NCBI GenBank assembly: GCA_020137815.1
Contig: CM035353.1
Location: forward strand, 6,262,001-6,326,000
Length of the DNA: 64,000 nucleotides
Source: Hormiphora californensis
Lineage: Eukaryota; Animalia; Ctenophora
Reading direction: 5' to 3'
The position numbers and the translations under genes were made by a program. Numbering within the stretch: position 1 is the first letter of the stretch; each line of letters starts with the position of its first letter. Under the pieces are notes generated by a model. It did no database searches, was not told the origin of the DNA, and saw only the letters and a program-made list of their open reading frames with translations. This document shows, piece by piece, positions 1 through 11,815 of the stretch.

Positions 1-183
1 CTAAAAATGCTCCGAAATCCCGGTGGAGCCGGGTCGAAACCCCTTACTGTGCTACGGTGTACCTTATAATATGGGTGTGATAGTTATACAAATTATATAT
101 AACCCCTTGGGGTGGCGGCCTGAATATGAATATGTGTAGTCACTTCACAATAACTAAATCTGTAATATAAAACTATCCCACAG

Positions 184-2986
184 GTGGAGGGTGTTACATC
201 ATCCCAGTACTGGATCAATACAAATGTCCCTGCACGTGGTGAACGACGGTGGTACAGTCGATACAATAGTGGACACTGACACACTGTATGATAACACATG
301 TCGAGGTGGCAGAATAGGTAAATTAAGTGATATATATTGGCTTGATAACTATAGGGTGCTATCGAGATTGTTAGCACACACTCGTTGATTGAGTGAGACG
401 GATAGTGTCGGTGCAAGTCACTGAGGTCAAGCAAGGGACCGTATTGAGCGCTATTATCTTTGCTTGGCCGCATCCAATAGTCGGACTGCCTCATGGATAG
501 AGAAATAGCCACATGTACATGCTAAAAAATAGGGTGAGAGATATATCAGTGGTAGAATAATTTATTAGTAAACGTGAGATTGTTATGAATTATGGTAATT
601 GTTAACTATAGGGCGAGAGAAAGTCTCAGGTTCCAGTTAAATAGGTTAATGCAACATATTAGTTAGTTACTAATATTATCCAGCTAATATTATCCAGCTA
701 ATAACGTGTTGTCAGGTGTGTTCTCTCAGCGACAGTGGGGTGCAATATTCGCTAATGTCAGAGCCTACTGTCTCTCTCCCCTCAACTATGCTGCAAAGTT
801 TGAGGGCAACACGAGAATTCGTATTGGTGGTCTCATGGGAGAGTTGGGGGTCACACGGTCTTTCCAGATAAGGTAAGGGGGACTCCCGAGAGGGAGAGAG
901 TTTACCACCTGTCCACTCCTTTATGGGCAATCTTGCACAGATGTCTATGTCACCAAGGGGGGAGGGGGTTTGATGTTTTCAGTCCACACGACACAAAGTA
1001 ATTGAATTTACAGTCGGTTAGAATAGCATGACTCCATTACTAATGTCAGTTCATTTGGTTAATACCACACCTTTTATTCAGTGCCTGGTTCAGAATATCA
1101 GACTACCCCATAACGGATGGGATATATCCCATACTTTGTCGAGACACAAGCACCAGCCAACCTCTCTGTCTTTTCATCAACTCTGGTAAGCTTGCCAGAG
1201 CAATATTAAGCACTTTAATTCATGATCCTTTCAAATAAGAACGGAGTGGTTGCTCAAACTTTCCTTGTTCCCTTGATCACAATGAATTTATTCTGACCCT
1301 AATATATCGCCTCCGGATTTACCGTACAGAACCCTGTCGCCCAAGCATCCCGGTAAATCGGGATACTAACTTTGTTCCTCCCAACTAGGTGGCGAGGTGG
1401 TAGCTAGTTATGGTTCACAGACGATAGTAACAGATCTAACTGTTACAAAAAATACATGGACATTAGCGGTGAGTAGAATATTCTACCTACCCGATCTAGT
1501 TTAATGCCGAAACACACATCCCTCTAGCTCGACCCGTTTTTAGAACATAACAAGGGACACCCTCTATGTACGAAGATCTCCCTCCCCAGTTTTAACTAAA
1601 ACATACTGAATTCATATTTCATATCTATAGGTCCTGCAGTACGATATGTAATGGTACTAATCCTGAATTCATATATAGGTCCTACAGTACGATATGCAGC
1701 AAAAGGAACTCCGTGTCTACGGAACTGATAAAGGGGAAGCAGCCTTCAAACTGGTTGGAAGGGAGACACAAGTTGATATACCCCCTGAGTCTAGTGATGG
1801 TGGACTAACATTAGGGAGCGATGGGGTTAACTACTTCGAAGGTGATTCAGCTGGGGGTTGAGTGGTGTGTTGGTTGCCTGACAATTGTTTATAGGGAGGA
1901 GGGGGAGAGTCATTGGGTTCATATTTATTGTACTGACACCATGCGCTAATCTCAAGAAGATATAAACAAGAAGAGATAAAACTGTACGTCTTACTACCAG
2001 CTGCTGCAGTAGCTTTTTGAAACACGAGCAACTGCACTGCAGCATGTTTTTAGCTACCTAACTCAGGTTCTCCGACCAGGTCTCATTGATGAAGTGCGAG
2101 TTTTTAAGCGTCTCCTCACTCCATCCCTTCTCCAACAATACCTTCTCGATGTTGTCTCTCTGGAGTGGGAAAACAAGATGGTCATCGTCTCCCTTCACCT
2201 AACATTTGATATTGAGACGGGACAGGAAGATGAGGATAGTATAGAGTTGAATGTGGATGATATACTAGGAAATGTTGATGTAAGTTGTAGTTTTTGATAG
2301 TGAGATTCAGTTTTGAGAGTACAAGAGTATGGACAATACGCTGTCATACTGATAGTTGATACAGTGCTAATCCGAGTTTTACATTTCTTCAGATTTCCCA
2401 GTTGAATCCAGATAAATCAATGATACCCACCGCGGCGGCCAGCGACATTCTTAGTGAATTGTACAGGTATGTATATTATTATTTATGATTTATCAAAGTT
2501 GATTGACAAGTTCAGCGAATTTCTGAACTGCAGAGACCGAGTCGACTGTCGACTGGGAATTATGAGTATAATTGTTGCCGCGAAAATAACCTATAATTGC
2601 TAGTTTTGACGTGTAAAATCTATGGAAGCACTCAATTTACATCCATGATCGCGCGCGTTTCCCTGGTTGACCGTGGGAAATTTCACAAAACCCAAGTGAG
2701 GGATGTTTTTGATTTGTCTGGCAACGCCTGACAGTATCTGGTACAACCTGACAGATATTGATAGGGGTTTTTAATATCATTTTTAATCGAGTAATAACCA
2801 TCCCCCTGTTTTAGATACGGCAGTAAATCTACGATGGAAACAAGCTTGCAAACCTCAGCTAGTAGAAAGAAACGCTCTCTAGCTGACAAGAGACCTCTGT
2901 CACCGAGGAGACGAAGATTATTGGAGAGATTAGAAAGAAGAAGGATTCTCTGCAGCGAATCTAATTGTAATCACGATGAACTATAA
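184..2986 (+). CDS. 3' part of a thrombospondin-superfamily-like protein: TSP C-terminal (L-lectin) domain + LamG/ConA-like domain + basic tail ending HDEL. Exons ~184-317, 716-872, 1082-1185, 1389-1468, 1679-1841, 2080-2279, 2393-2466, 2815-2986; possible upstream exon ending at 135
   Basis: Phase-compatible GT-AG exons join into WRVLHHPSTGSIQMSL...LYDNTCRGGRIG|VFSQRQWGAIFANVRAYC, which matches the TSP_C end motif as I recall it (HRP..GYIR...DTT.RGGRLGVF). This is followed by NYAAKFEG...SAWFR...TWTLAVLQYD...LTLGSDGVNYFEGLIDEVRVFKRLL (LamG-like) and ...SRKKRS...CNHDEL-stop (TAA 2984-2986). GWRPEYEYV at 110-135 has TSP_C GWxxxxxYxW spacing when joined. Confidence 0.85.
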
Positions 2987-3975
2987 AAAGTGTTGTAGAT
3001 GGTGCTGATACATAGTCGGAGTGTTTAACATGAACTTTATTAGTGACATTGAGTTTGAACAATGAACAGCTTTGATTTGCTCAAACCCGGGGAGGGAGTT
3101 GGTAATGAAACTACGCTGGCAAGGGTTAACTTCGTAACCAAGGGAGGGAGAGTCTCCCTCGGGAACTAGTTCGGGCAAAGCTTTGATATATTAAGAAGAA
3201 ACACAAAGGATTGTTTTTTTTAAATTGTACAGTTTATTATTTGCTACGTGTTTTGATCTTTTGTAGACATTTTGATCTGTATGATAAGTCATTAATTAAG
3301 TCATTAAATTATTAGTTTTGTAACTTAAGTATGTAACGTGTTTAACCCTTTGTAATATTTGACAAGCCTCGATTTACCGGATTCTTGAGGAGCTGAGAGA
3401 GAGAGAAACACAGCCATTGTGTGTATCAAACGGTAGAGAGAGAGAGAGAGAGAGAGGGGGGTCTATAATAACAGTAGACTCTATAACACTGTAAATTGAG
3501 GTGCACGAAGGAGAGAGGGGAGATTTATTTGGTAAATCGAGATTCCGGTAAATTGAAGCTTTGTTTTACGTTGCATGGCAACCAATGCAACAACATGTTT
3601 AGTGGCAGGCAATAACCTCAACCTGTCGCTGTAAAGTAAAGTGTCAGGTGTTGCCCTGAACTGACAGCAAATGATTTCAAGTCACAGCCATGAGCCATGA
3701 CTGGCTCCGCCGACCCCTTCTGACCGCATTTGAGAATAAAATGGGGGTCTGACAGACAGGTGATGAGTCAGTGGTGTGATGAGTCACCTGTGCAGTTGTT
3801 CCGTAGAGTAGGACCCTTAAACTAATTTATGGATTCATCTCTCTCTCTCACTCTCTTCCCTCCACTTCCAGTTCCAGTCCCCCTCTAGCTCAAGCTGCAC
3901 ACGTCACAAAATCCCTCCAGTCTCCCTCTAACACAAACAAACACGTATATTATCCTCACCACAGCGGCATATTAT

Positions 3976-5279
3976 GGGGGGGGGACATGTTAATTGTTAA
4001 TAAATCACCTCTTTTTTCCGATTTTGTTAATTAACGTTAATTAACAAAATTAACAAAATTAACAAATGCTAAAATATCGGTGTTATCGGTTGATAATACG
4101 ACTTTAACTGATTTAATTTTGTAGTTTAATAACTTATCTAACGTTTGTATGCCCATGCAAGGCCTCCTCTGATAACATAAGTCCAACATACACGGTCGCT
4201 TGTAGTGGGAAAACGGTAATGGAAAACGAAGATACAGTAACAGTCCGTCATACACATTTCCACCTGGAGTTTCTTGCTCGTAATTTCTGTCAGAATCTGT
4301 ATAACACGCACGTGAATTTGAGCCGCGGCGCGGCGCATCTGCACGTGCGGTTTTTTCAGAGAGCGTGAGAGACAATCGTATAACGTTAATGTGTGTCTCT
4401 CTCTTTAATCTCGCACGTGAATATGAGCCGCGGCGCGGCGCATCTGCACGTGCGGTTCTTCCAGATAGAAATTCCAAATAGAAACTCCAGATAGAAATTC
4501 CAAATAGAAATGTGTATGACGCCGTGTAAGACGACGTGCAACCGTGACCAATCAGGGCGCTAGTACGTGCTGACACACGAACTTTTTGCTGTGCATTATG
4601 CACCGTGCGCGTCTCCTTACTGTATTTTGCGTTACCGTATTTTGACTGCAAGCAGCACTGATACAAGTTTTTTGGCTCCAAATCGATCAAAATTTAAAGA
4701 GTACGAATATTTCAATTTAGCGTGTAAAATGTCACTTGAATGTAATTTTTTCATTGATAATCCATTCTTCAGACGAAAGAAAGTGATGTACAACGTTTCT
4801 GTTTGAAAAATACGAAAAAATTCCCAAAATTGCTTTTTTGGTCAAAAATTGAAAATTTGCTTCGCTACAAATCCTTGTGTTTTTTTAGAAAAAATTATTT
4901 TTGGGATATTTTTCGATTGAAGGTAAATTTATGAGTCTTATTAAGTTTTTAAGGTTTGAAAATGCGGATTAGTGTCATTTGACCTCAATTGCGGTTCAGG
5001 TTGGATAGTTTTTGTTCGAATTTACAAAATGGAACAAATCGTTGTGGGAAGGCTGTAGTAGACGGCTTGGGGGTATGCAAATCATGCAGAAGGAACATCT
5101 TTGTTCGCAGAACAACATGCAGCATGTGTAATACCAAAAAACACGTGCTAAAGGGACTTTAGATGGTATAAATGGCATTTGTTAATGTTTGTTAACTTTT
5201 GTTAATTATGTTAATAAATCACCTGTTTTTTCGATGTTAATATTAACAAAGTTAACAAAATTAACATGTCCCCCCCCCC
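3976..5279. mobile_element. Non-autonomous DNA transposon with G-run termini and 8-bp TSD
   Basis: Left end (G)9ACATGTTAATT, right end AATTAACATGT(C)n. CATATTAT flanks both sides (3968-3975, 5280-5287). Subterminal GTTAA/TTAAC motifs and an internal ~45-bp direct repeat (~4307 and ~4412). No transposase. Confidence 0.7.
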
Positions 5280-5570
5280 CATATTATAAAAGAAAACACG
5301 GTCCACACACACACGTCCAGCTTTGTCCATTTACTCTCTGATCTTAATTGATCAAGTAATCAAACTCTGCTTGACGCTAGCAAGTCTAGTTACAAAGTGT
5401 GTTTCCTGGCTAGCCTTCTCACTAGACATCTTCTCACATTCTCACTAGACATCTTCCTGGTCTGCAGTAACACACTACTTATGTAGATTGCACCCACCTC
5501 CCACTCCCTAGTTTATCTTATTAGAATTGCACCGGTCCCTCTTCCTATTTGCCTTCGTGGTGTACCTCAA

Positions 5571-6152
<582 letters not shown>

Positions 6153-6323
6153 TGATTATTTTTAGTGGATTATTCTTCACTCTCGAAAGGGTTTCGAAAT
6201 TGTTTATTCTTCTCCCCCCCTTACATTCGCTTAAATGTTTATCTCCATGCTCCTGTTGAAGTTAGGTCTAGTTAGTATGTTTTTGGTGACCGAGATTGAG
6301 CTCATACACTCGCCAGGTGTCTA

Positions 6324-6706
6324 CCTTACTCACTGTAAATCAGCGAACCTAAAATTAAGAATATGGCCAAAAAATATTCTTAATTTTGTTATTCTTAATT
6401 TTAGAGTTCCTTATTTTTCTACAATCTTACAACTTCTTCCACTCTGATAAGGGAAAGCGTATCATGGAGAGTGGCTGGAGAGCAGCTGGCATCATTGATG
6501 CGTTGAAGAGTGCACGTAGTGACAGTGTTGTAAATGATTTGGTTGACCCCTTTGCTTCAATGGCAATTTGAAACAAGTATAAATTGTATTTTAGCCTTTT
6601 TATCCAAATTTTGGTCATATTCTTCGCTAGAAAATTTATTCTTAATTATGTTATTCTTAATTTTAGAAGCGATAATTAACGGTTCGCTGATTTACAGTGA
6701 GTAAGG
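6324..6706 (+). mobile_element. Tc1/mariner-superfamily (pogo-like) deletion derivative carrying a transposase C-terminal remnant
   Basis: Perfect 26-bp TIR CCTTACTCACTGTAAATCAGCGAACC with TA on both sides. Internal frame SDKGKRIMESGWRAAGIIDALK...DLVDPF resembles the C-terminus of invertebrate pogo/DDE_1 transposases (recalled, not searched). Confidence 0.75.
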
Positions 6707-7604
6707 TATGTCACCAAGTATGTTTCTATGTCGTACTGTAGATGGCTGGGATTACGGGGAGATGGAGAAAGCTCTTTTCCAATAAAATATCTATCCAATA
6801 TCCTTATAATTTTAAATCTCCTTCCTCGGCTATTTCTATACTATGTCGTTAGCATGTCGGAGGTAATGAGGTATATATACCTCACTATAGTGACCACCCA
6901 CAGTCGCAGAATTGCTTGCTCTGTTCTTCTAGAAGCATGCTCCCTCACCGGACACCGCCAAAGGCCCTTTCCAGTTAAATAGTAACTATGACTACTTTGT
7001 TGATAATAGTTCAAAAATATGCTAATAATTTTAAATGTCGCTATTGGAACTTTCAATAACAACCCCCTCAACGTTTTTATCACAAGAAGGAAACTGTTTT
7101 ATCACCCATTAAAACGATGTTATCACCCACTAAAAAAGACACATCACCCGCCGCTATGTCTTCATCATGATCAAAAGATGGGGTTAAGATGGGGTCATGC
7201 ACCATAGGGGGTGGGTAGGGTGACCAGCCCCCTGACACTCTAACAAAGCCCAGAGCCGGTGGGATCAAATTAGGCCAGTGACCACCCAACAATGCCTCGA
7301 CCATACAAAAAGTAATAGCCGAAATGTAAATGTGCCAGCCCATATGTCCTACCACCAAAGTCAGCGAATCAGAAAGTCGAGAATCCATTGTATAAAGTAT
7401 AGTCGATTGATAACCAAAAGGACTTGCAGAAGTTCACTGGTCTGCGTTTGACAGAAAGATAATAATATGATCAACACAACAAACTCAATATCAAGGACCT
7501 ATAGATCTCTAAAGATTCATAACTCAGTTACCAGTAAAAATACTGCTAAAATGTAAAACGAAAAATAAAGATGACACAGGCAATTTTGCATTTGCGGGCA
7601 TCGC

Positions 7605-8135
7605 ACTATAGACGCAGTACCCACGTACTATAGACGCATTATAAACGCATTATAAACGCATTATAGTCGCATTATAGACACACGCAATATAGACACAATT
7701 TCGTAAGCAGCACTATAGACGCAATATAGACGCATTATAACAGCAATATAAACGCATTTTTATAGACGCGACGCAGTATATCCACATTATAGGCGCACTA
7801 CCCACCCCAAAATCACCTTATAGACGCACTATAGACGCATTATAGACTGACTATAATAGCAGCACCATAAACGCTACATAGACCCATATAGACGCATGAT
7901 AGAATTAGAAGCATTATAGACGCAAATCGCTTTTTATAGACGCCGCGTCTATAAAAAACGTGCTTTTTAAAGAAGCACTTTAGACGTACTCCAGGCTACA
8001 GTGCGATATTTGAGGCGCAGTTGGGCGTTTTATAAACGCATTTTTGTCGCATATAAAAGGAAGCAGTATAGACGCATTATAGACGCATTATAGCCGCATG
8101 TGTGCGAAATCGATAAAGACGCAATATAGACGCAA
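7605..8135. repeat. Degenerate TATAGACGCA(T)-motif minisatellite
   Basis: Many irregularly spaced copies of atagacgca/ataaacgca. Confidence 0.8.
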
Positions 8136-8142
8136 AATAAAA

Positions 8143-8590
8143 AGGAGAGGGAGAGAGAGGGAGGGAGGGAGGGAGAGGGAAGGAGAGGGAAAGAGAGGGA
8201 GGGACTGAGGGAGGGGTACAGGGACAGAATAGAAACAGACGGATAAAGACCTGAGACAGAAGGACAGAGTAAGATGGAAAGAGAGTAAGATGGAAAGATA
8301 GTGATATAGGGACGGAGTGAGACATAAAAAGAGTGAGACAGAAAAAGACAGAGATGGAAACAAACGGACAGAGACAGACGGACGGACAAACACGCGCTTA
8401 CTATCTCCCTCTCTGTCTCACTCTCTCTCTCTCCACTCTCCATCTTAACCTCTCTCCATCTTACTCTGTCCGTCTGTCTCAGATCTGTGTCCATCTGTCT
8501 GTGTCTGATCTGTCTCTGTATCCCTCCCTCTTTCCCTCTCCTTCCCTCTCCCTCCCTCCCTCCCTCCCTCTAGTCTCTCTCCCTCTCCTA
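8143..8590. repeat. GA-rich/CT-rich imperfect fold-back (inverted repeat)
   Basis: gagggagggagggagagggaaggagagggaaagagagggaggg (~8160-8203) is the reverse complement of ~8522-8565. acagagtaagatgga pairs with tccatcttactctgt. Confidence 0.7.
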
Positions 8591-9363
8591 TCATCCTTGG
8601 TCATGTATTCATTTACTATCCATGAAATTTCATGGTAATTCATGGGACTAGGAATGAAGTTGTCGGACCCTCTGATATTTAACAGACTAGAAGTAGACTA
8701 GAAAAGCAAACTAGATATCAAATTTATAGATATCTGGTGATGCTCGATAAAAGATGTATCTGATGTTACGAAAAAAAGGCAACAGAAAGATGAAAAAGCG
8801 ACAGAAAGATGAAAAATGTTAAAAACTGTATAAAAATGAAGATAAAGATCAGCGGGAAAACATCCTAAAAATAAATAACAGTGTCTAGCTAAGTATAGTT
8901 ATTAAACAGCCATTAAAAAAGCATACTAATGACTTACCAATATCTTATCTCTGTAAGTTGACCTACCTTAGGCCAATCCGGGAAAGGAAAATCTATGAAA
9001 AGAGAGGCAAAGATGGAATCTCCCCCACTTCTGAGGAACCCGATAGGTTTCAGTACGGCACCCAACTCCTTAAGTATCAGTGGCTCCGTGTTAAGTTCCA
9101 ATTGTCGGTGATCCAGGTTGGTTGGTTGGATCCAGGTTATCCGCTGCTGCTCCATAGCATTAGCACACGCATGCTAAACCAGCTAAACAAAATCATTACA
9201 CCTCCTAAAGTCTTTCGTCTTTTCAAGTTGGTCAAGGACTACCTGTGTCCTGTTGGTCAGTTTGGAGTTTTCTGACCTGTTGTTCTCAGCTCTCAGCCTC
9301 CTCTATTTCGCTCAGAATGGAGTCTCTTTTTTCCTTATTTTTTATTAATCTATATATAATAAT

Positions 9364-9652
9364 CAAATATGATGGGACTTACACGGGGGATTACGGGGGC
9401 TCGAATAGATCGCCCGTATAGATCGCCCGTACCAGTCGCCCGTACATTTGCTTTGCGCATTACGTTTCATCGCACTTTCACCACAAATAAGGTACATGCG
9501 CGTTAAGCGCATGTGTTTTGTTGTGATGAAAGTGTGGTGAAACGTAATGCGCAAAGCAAATGTAAGGGCGACTGGTACGGGCGACTGGTACGGGCGTCTC
9601 ATCCGGGCCCCCGTAATCCGCTGCCTGAGTATACTCAGTCCCATCATATTTG
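9364..9652. mobile_element. Palindromic MITE with 4-bp TAAT TSD
   Basis: TIR CAAATATGATGGGACT / AGTCCCATCATATTTG. TAAT at 9360-9363 and 9653-9656. The interior 9388-9619 is a near-perfect hairpin. Confidence 0.8.
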
Positions 9653-10212
9653 TAATCAGCCTATCTGAATTTCGATATCTACCCTTATCCTCTTTTCTGT
9701 TATATTCTTGGACATCCCCCAGAGTCCAGTAGGATCATTCGGCCTGTTCCAATCCCATTTCCAAATTATTTGAAATATTCATCTCCTGGAATTGGATATA
9801 TTCTAATATTATATAGTAAAATGATTATAAGATCGACAATTTCTAAAGATTTTTTGAAATTTTTTAACGCATTGTCCTCACCTTAGTGTAACAACTAATT
9901 CCAACATTTGAGATTTAAAGTGGAGCAAGTATTTTATAAATTGTTGTTTTTGCTCCAAACTTCAAGGTTCAGTATATTGAATGAAAAAATCAATTAATTA
10001 AGCACTCACATAGACTGTCCACTGCACCCCTATATTGAATGGCGCTATCATACAAATCAAATTTTAAATATCCTAACATTTTTATATTTCCTAAATTGTC
10101 TATTTCAAAATCTCTGAGATTGAATAGTTTTGCTGGCACAGTTTCTTTACACACTATTGCTTTTAGCAACCATGCATTAACTTGTTTTATTTAGTATAAA
10201 GTTTATATAAAG

Positions 10213-10536
10213 TTAATATAAAGTTTTTATGATATTCATTGAGTATAATTGAAGGACAGATCCCACTATTGAGCTAGTGCCTTGGAAACAGTACGTTTCA
10301 CTGGCCTCCTCAATCATATCTTGTGACATGAAATCTTCCCTAATTTCCCATCTGGCTGCTAGCGCCCCACGGCACTCTTCAGACCATGATTGGCAGATTA
10401 TGATGTTAGTGTCCAATGGGATTTGCGTATATTTGAGATATAAGATATCCCCATATATGATTTCCTCCCATATCAGATCTTTATCTGCACTGTCCATCAT
10501 TAACCGGACACTATGAGGTATATTTGTATTAATCAT
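10213..10536 (-). CDS. Hypothetical small virus-like ORF (LAARW family, copy 1)
   Basis: 107-aa ORF containing LAARWEIREDF. A decayed paralog (LAARWRVREVF) lies at ~21059-21091 on the same strand. Confidence 0.5.
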   Translation of the reverse strand: MINTNIPHSVRLMMDSADKDLIWEEIIYGDILYLKYTQIPLDTNIIICQSWSEECRGALAARWEIREDFMSQDMIEEASETYCFQGTSSIVGSVLQLYSMNIIKTLY

Positions 10537-10803
10537 TAATTATTACTCATAGTTCCTATTTCGCATTCTAAGAGCAATTTCCATTCCAGTTCATTCCCTA
10601 GTGCCTCGATATTGTTACTGGCATTATGCACCTCTCTGATTGGTCGCACCATTCAATCAGTGGTTTCGATCAAACAAACAAACAGACACGGGGATATTAA
10701 GTATGGGTTACTTTTGGCTAATTAGATGGGTTGCTACTGCAAGGGAGGTGGGGGTCATGTATAATAAACAAAGCAGTTTCCTGCATGAACTTTAAAAATA
10801 AAA

Positions 10804-11342
10804 TTATATGTAATCTGATAGGTAATGATGTAATTTGTGTAATTGTTCTATTCCGCATATTCCTCTCACGTGGCCATACTGCCCGCACCGGTGACACTTA
10901 GTTAACTCCTGAGTAAGCGGGTTACCAATCCGTAAGTGGTTCAGTATTACGTCGATGACCTCCTCTACATCTTTCCTCTGTACCGCCTCGAGGAGGGCCT
11001 CTCCCTGCGCTCTGGTTAACCTGTGTTGCTGGACCCTCTCAGCGTACAGTTTGTAGGCGGCACTCGTGGTCGGAGTTTCCCCGCTGCCCTAACCCGAGCC
11101 TCACGTTCCTGGTGGAGCCTGGCCGCCTCCTTCCTCTGACGAGCCCTCTCCTCCTCCCTGGCCCTAACCTTCTCCCTCTCCTCATCCTCCTTCCTTTCCC
11201 TCTCTTTGTCGTCTTCTTCCCTCATTTCCTTTAGCTGTCCCAGCATCTGTTCCCTCAGTTCTACTAGCTCTCGTATCGCCTCCTCCGCTTCCTCTAACTC
11301 CGTTTCCAAAGCCAATTTCCGATCATCATTGATGTGTGCCAT
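10804..11342 (-). pseudogene. Coiled-coil + CCHC zinc-knuckle (Gag/ORF1-like) gene with one frameshift
   Basis: MAHINDDRKLALETELEEAEE... E/R/K coiled coil. After a frame change in a GGGGAAA run (~11077-11083) it reads AAYKLYAERVQQHRL...TKCHRCGQYGHVRGIC (CX2CX4HX4C at 10855-10896) to a stop at 10804. A splice acceptor (tatacag) sits 9 nt before the ATG. Confidence 0.7.
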
Positions 11343-11542
11343 GATGGTTACCTGTATACATGGAGTGGAGGGAATTATTGTTAGGGGTATAATGAAAAAA
11401 AGGGGGTTACACATTAGACTTAGTAAACAGTGTAAACACATGATGTGATAAAAATAATACAAATCACTATCCGAGGCAAGGACAATCAGCTAAAAATAAT
11501 ACAATGATATGATAAAATGACCTCCCCCCCCCCCTACCAGTG

Positions 11543-11815
11543 TCATTCTGCGATGGCCGATAGCATCTCAGCCCTCTTCGTGGTGAACCTTACCACCATG
11601 ACCAGCAACCGACCATGTTCCTCGTACGGCGGGTTGAGCTCGAGTATGAGTTCTTGGGCAGCCATGCTAGCCCTTCCCAGATAATGGGCTGCCGCCGCCA
11701 CGCGGTGCCGTGGGGTATCCAAGTTACCCCTAGCCCTTTCCGTGGCCTCCATATATCCATAGGATTCCCCATACCCTTCCTTGTCCAACACCGCGTGGCC
11801 CATGGACAGCTCCAC
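11543..11815 (-). CDS. Hypothetical ORF (ELSMGHAVL family, copy 1)
   Basis: 90-aa ORF. The upstream in-frame extension is broken by a TAG. A paralog lies at ~15850-16187. Confidence 0.5.
   Translation of the reverse strand: MELSMGHAVLDKEGYGESYGYMEATERARGNLDTPRHRVAAAAHYLGRASMAAQELILELNPPYEEHGRLLVMVVRFTTKRAEMLSAIAE

Noticed and set aside
4037-4690. 217-aa ORF as a transposase
   Set aside because: It runs through the element's internal direct repeats and TIR region, with no DDE or DNA-binding motif.
11070-11090. Programmed -1 frameshift at GGGGAAAC in the zinc-knuckle gene
   Set aside because: The zero-frame register is GGG AAA, not the canonical X XXY YYZ. Neighbouring ORFs are decayed, so a 1-nt deletion or homopolymer error is simpler.
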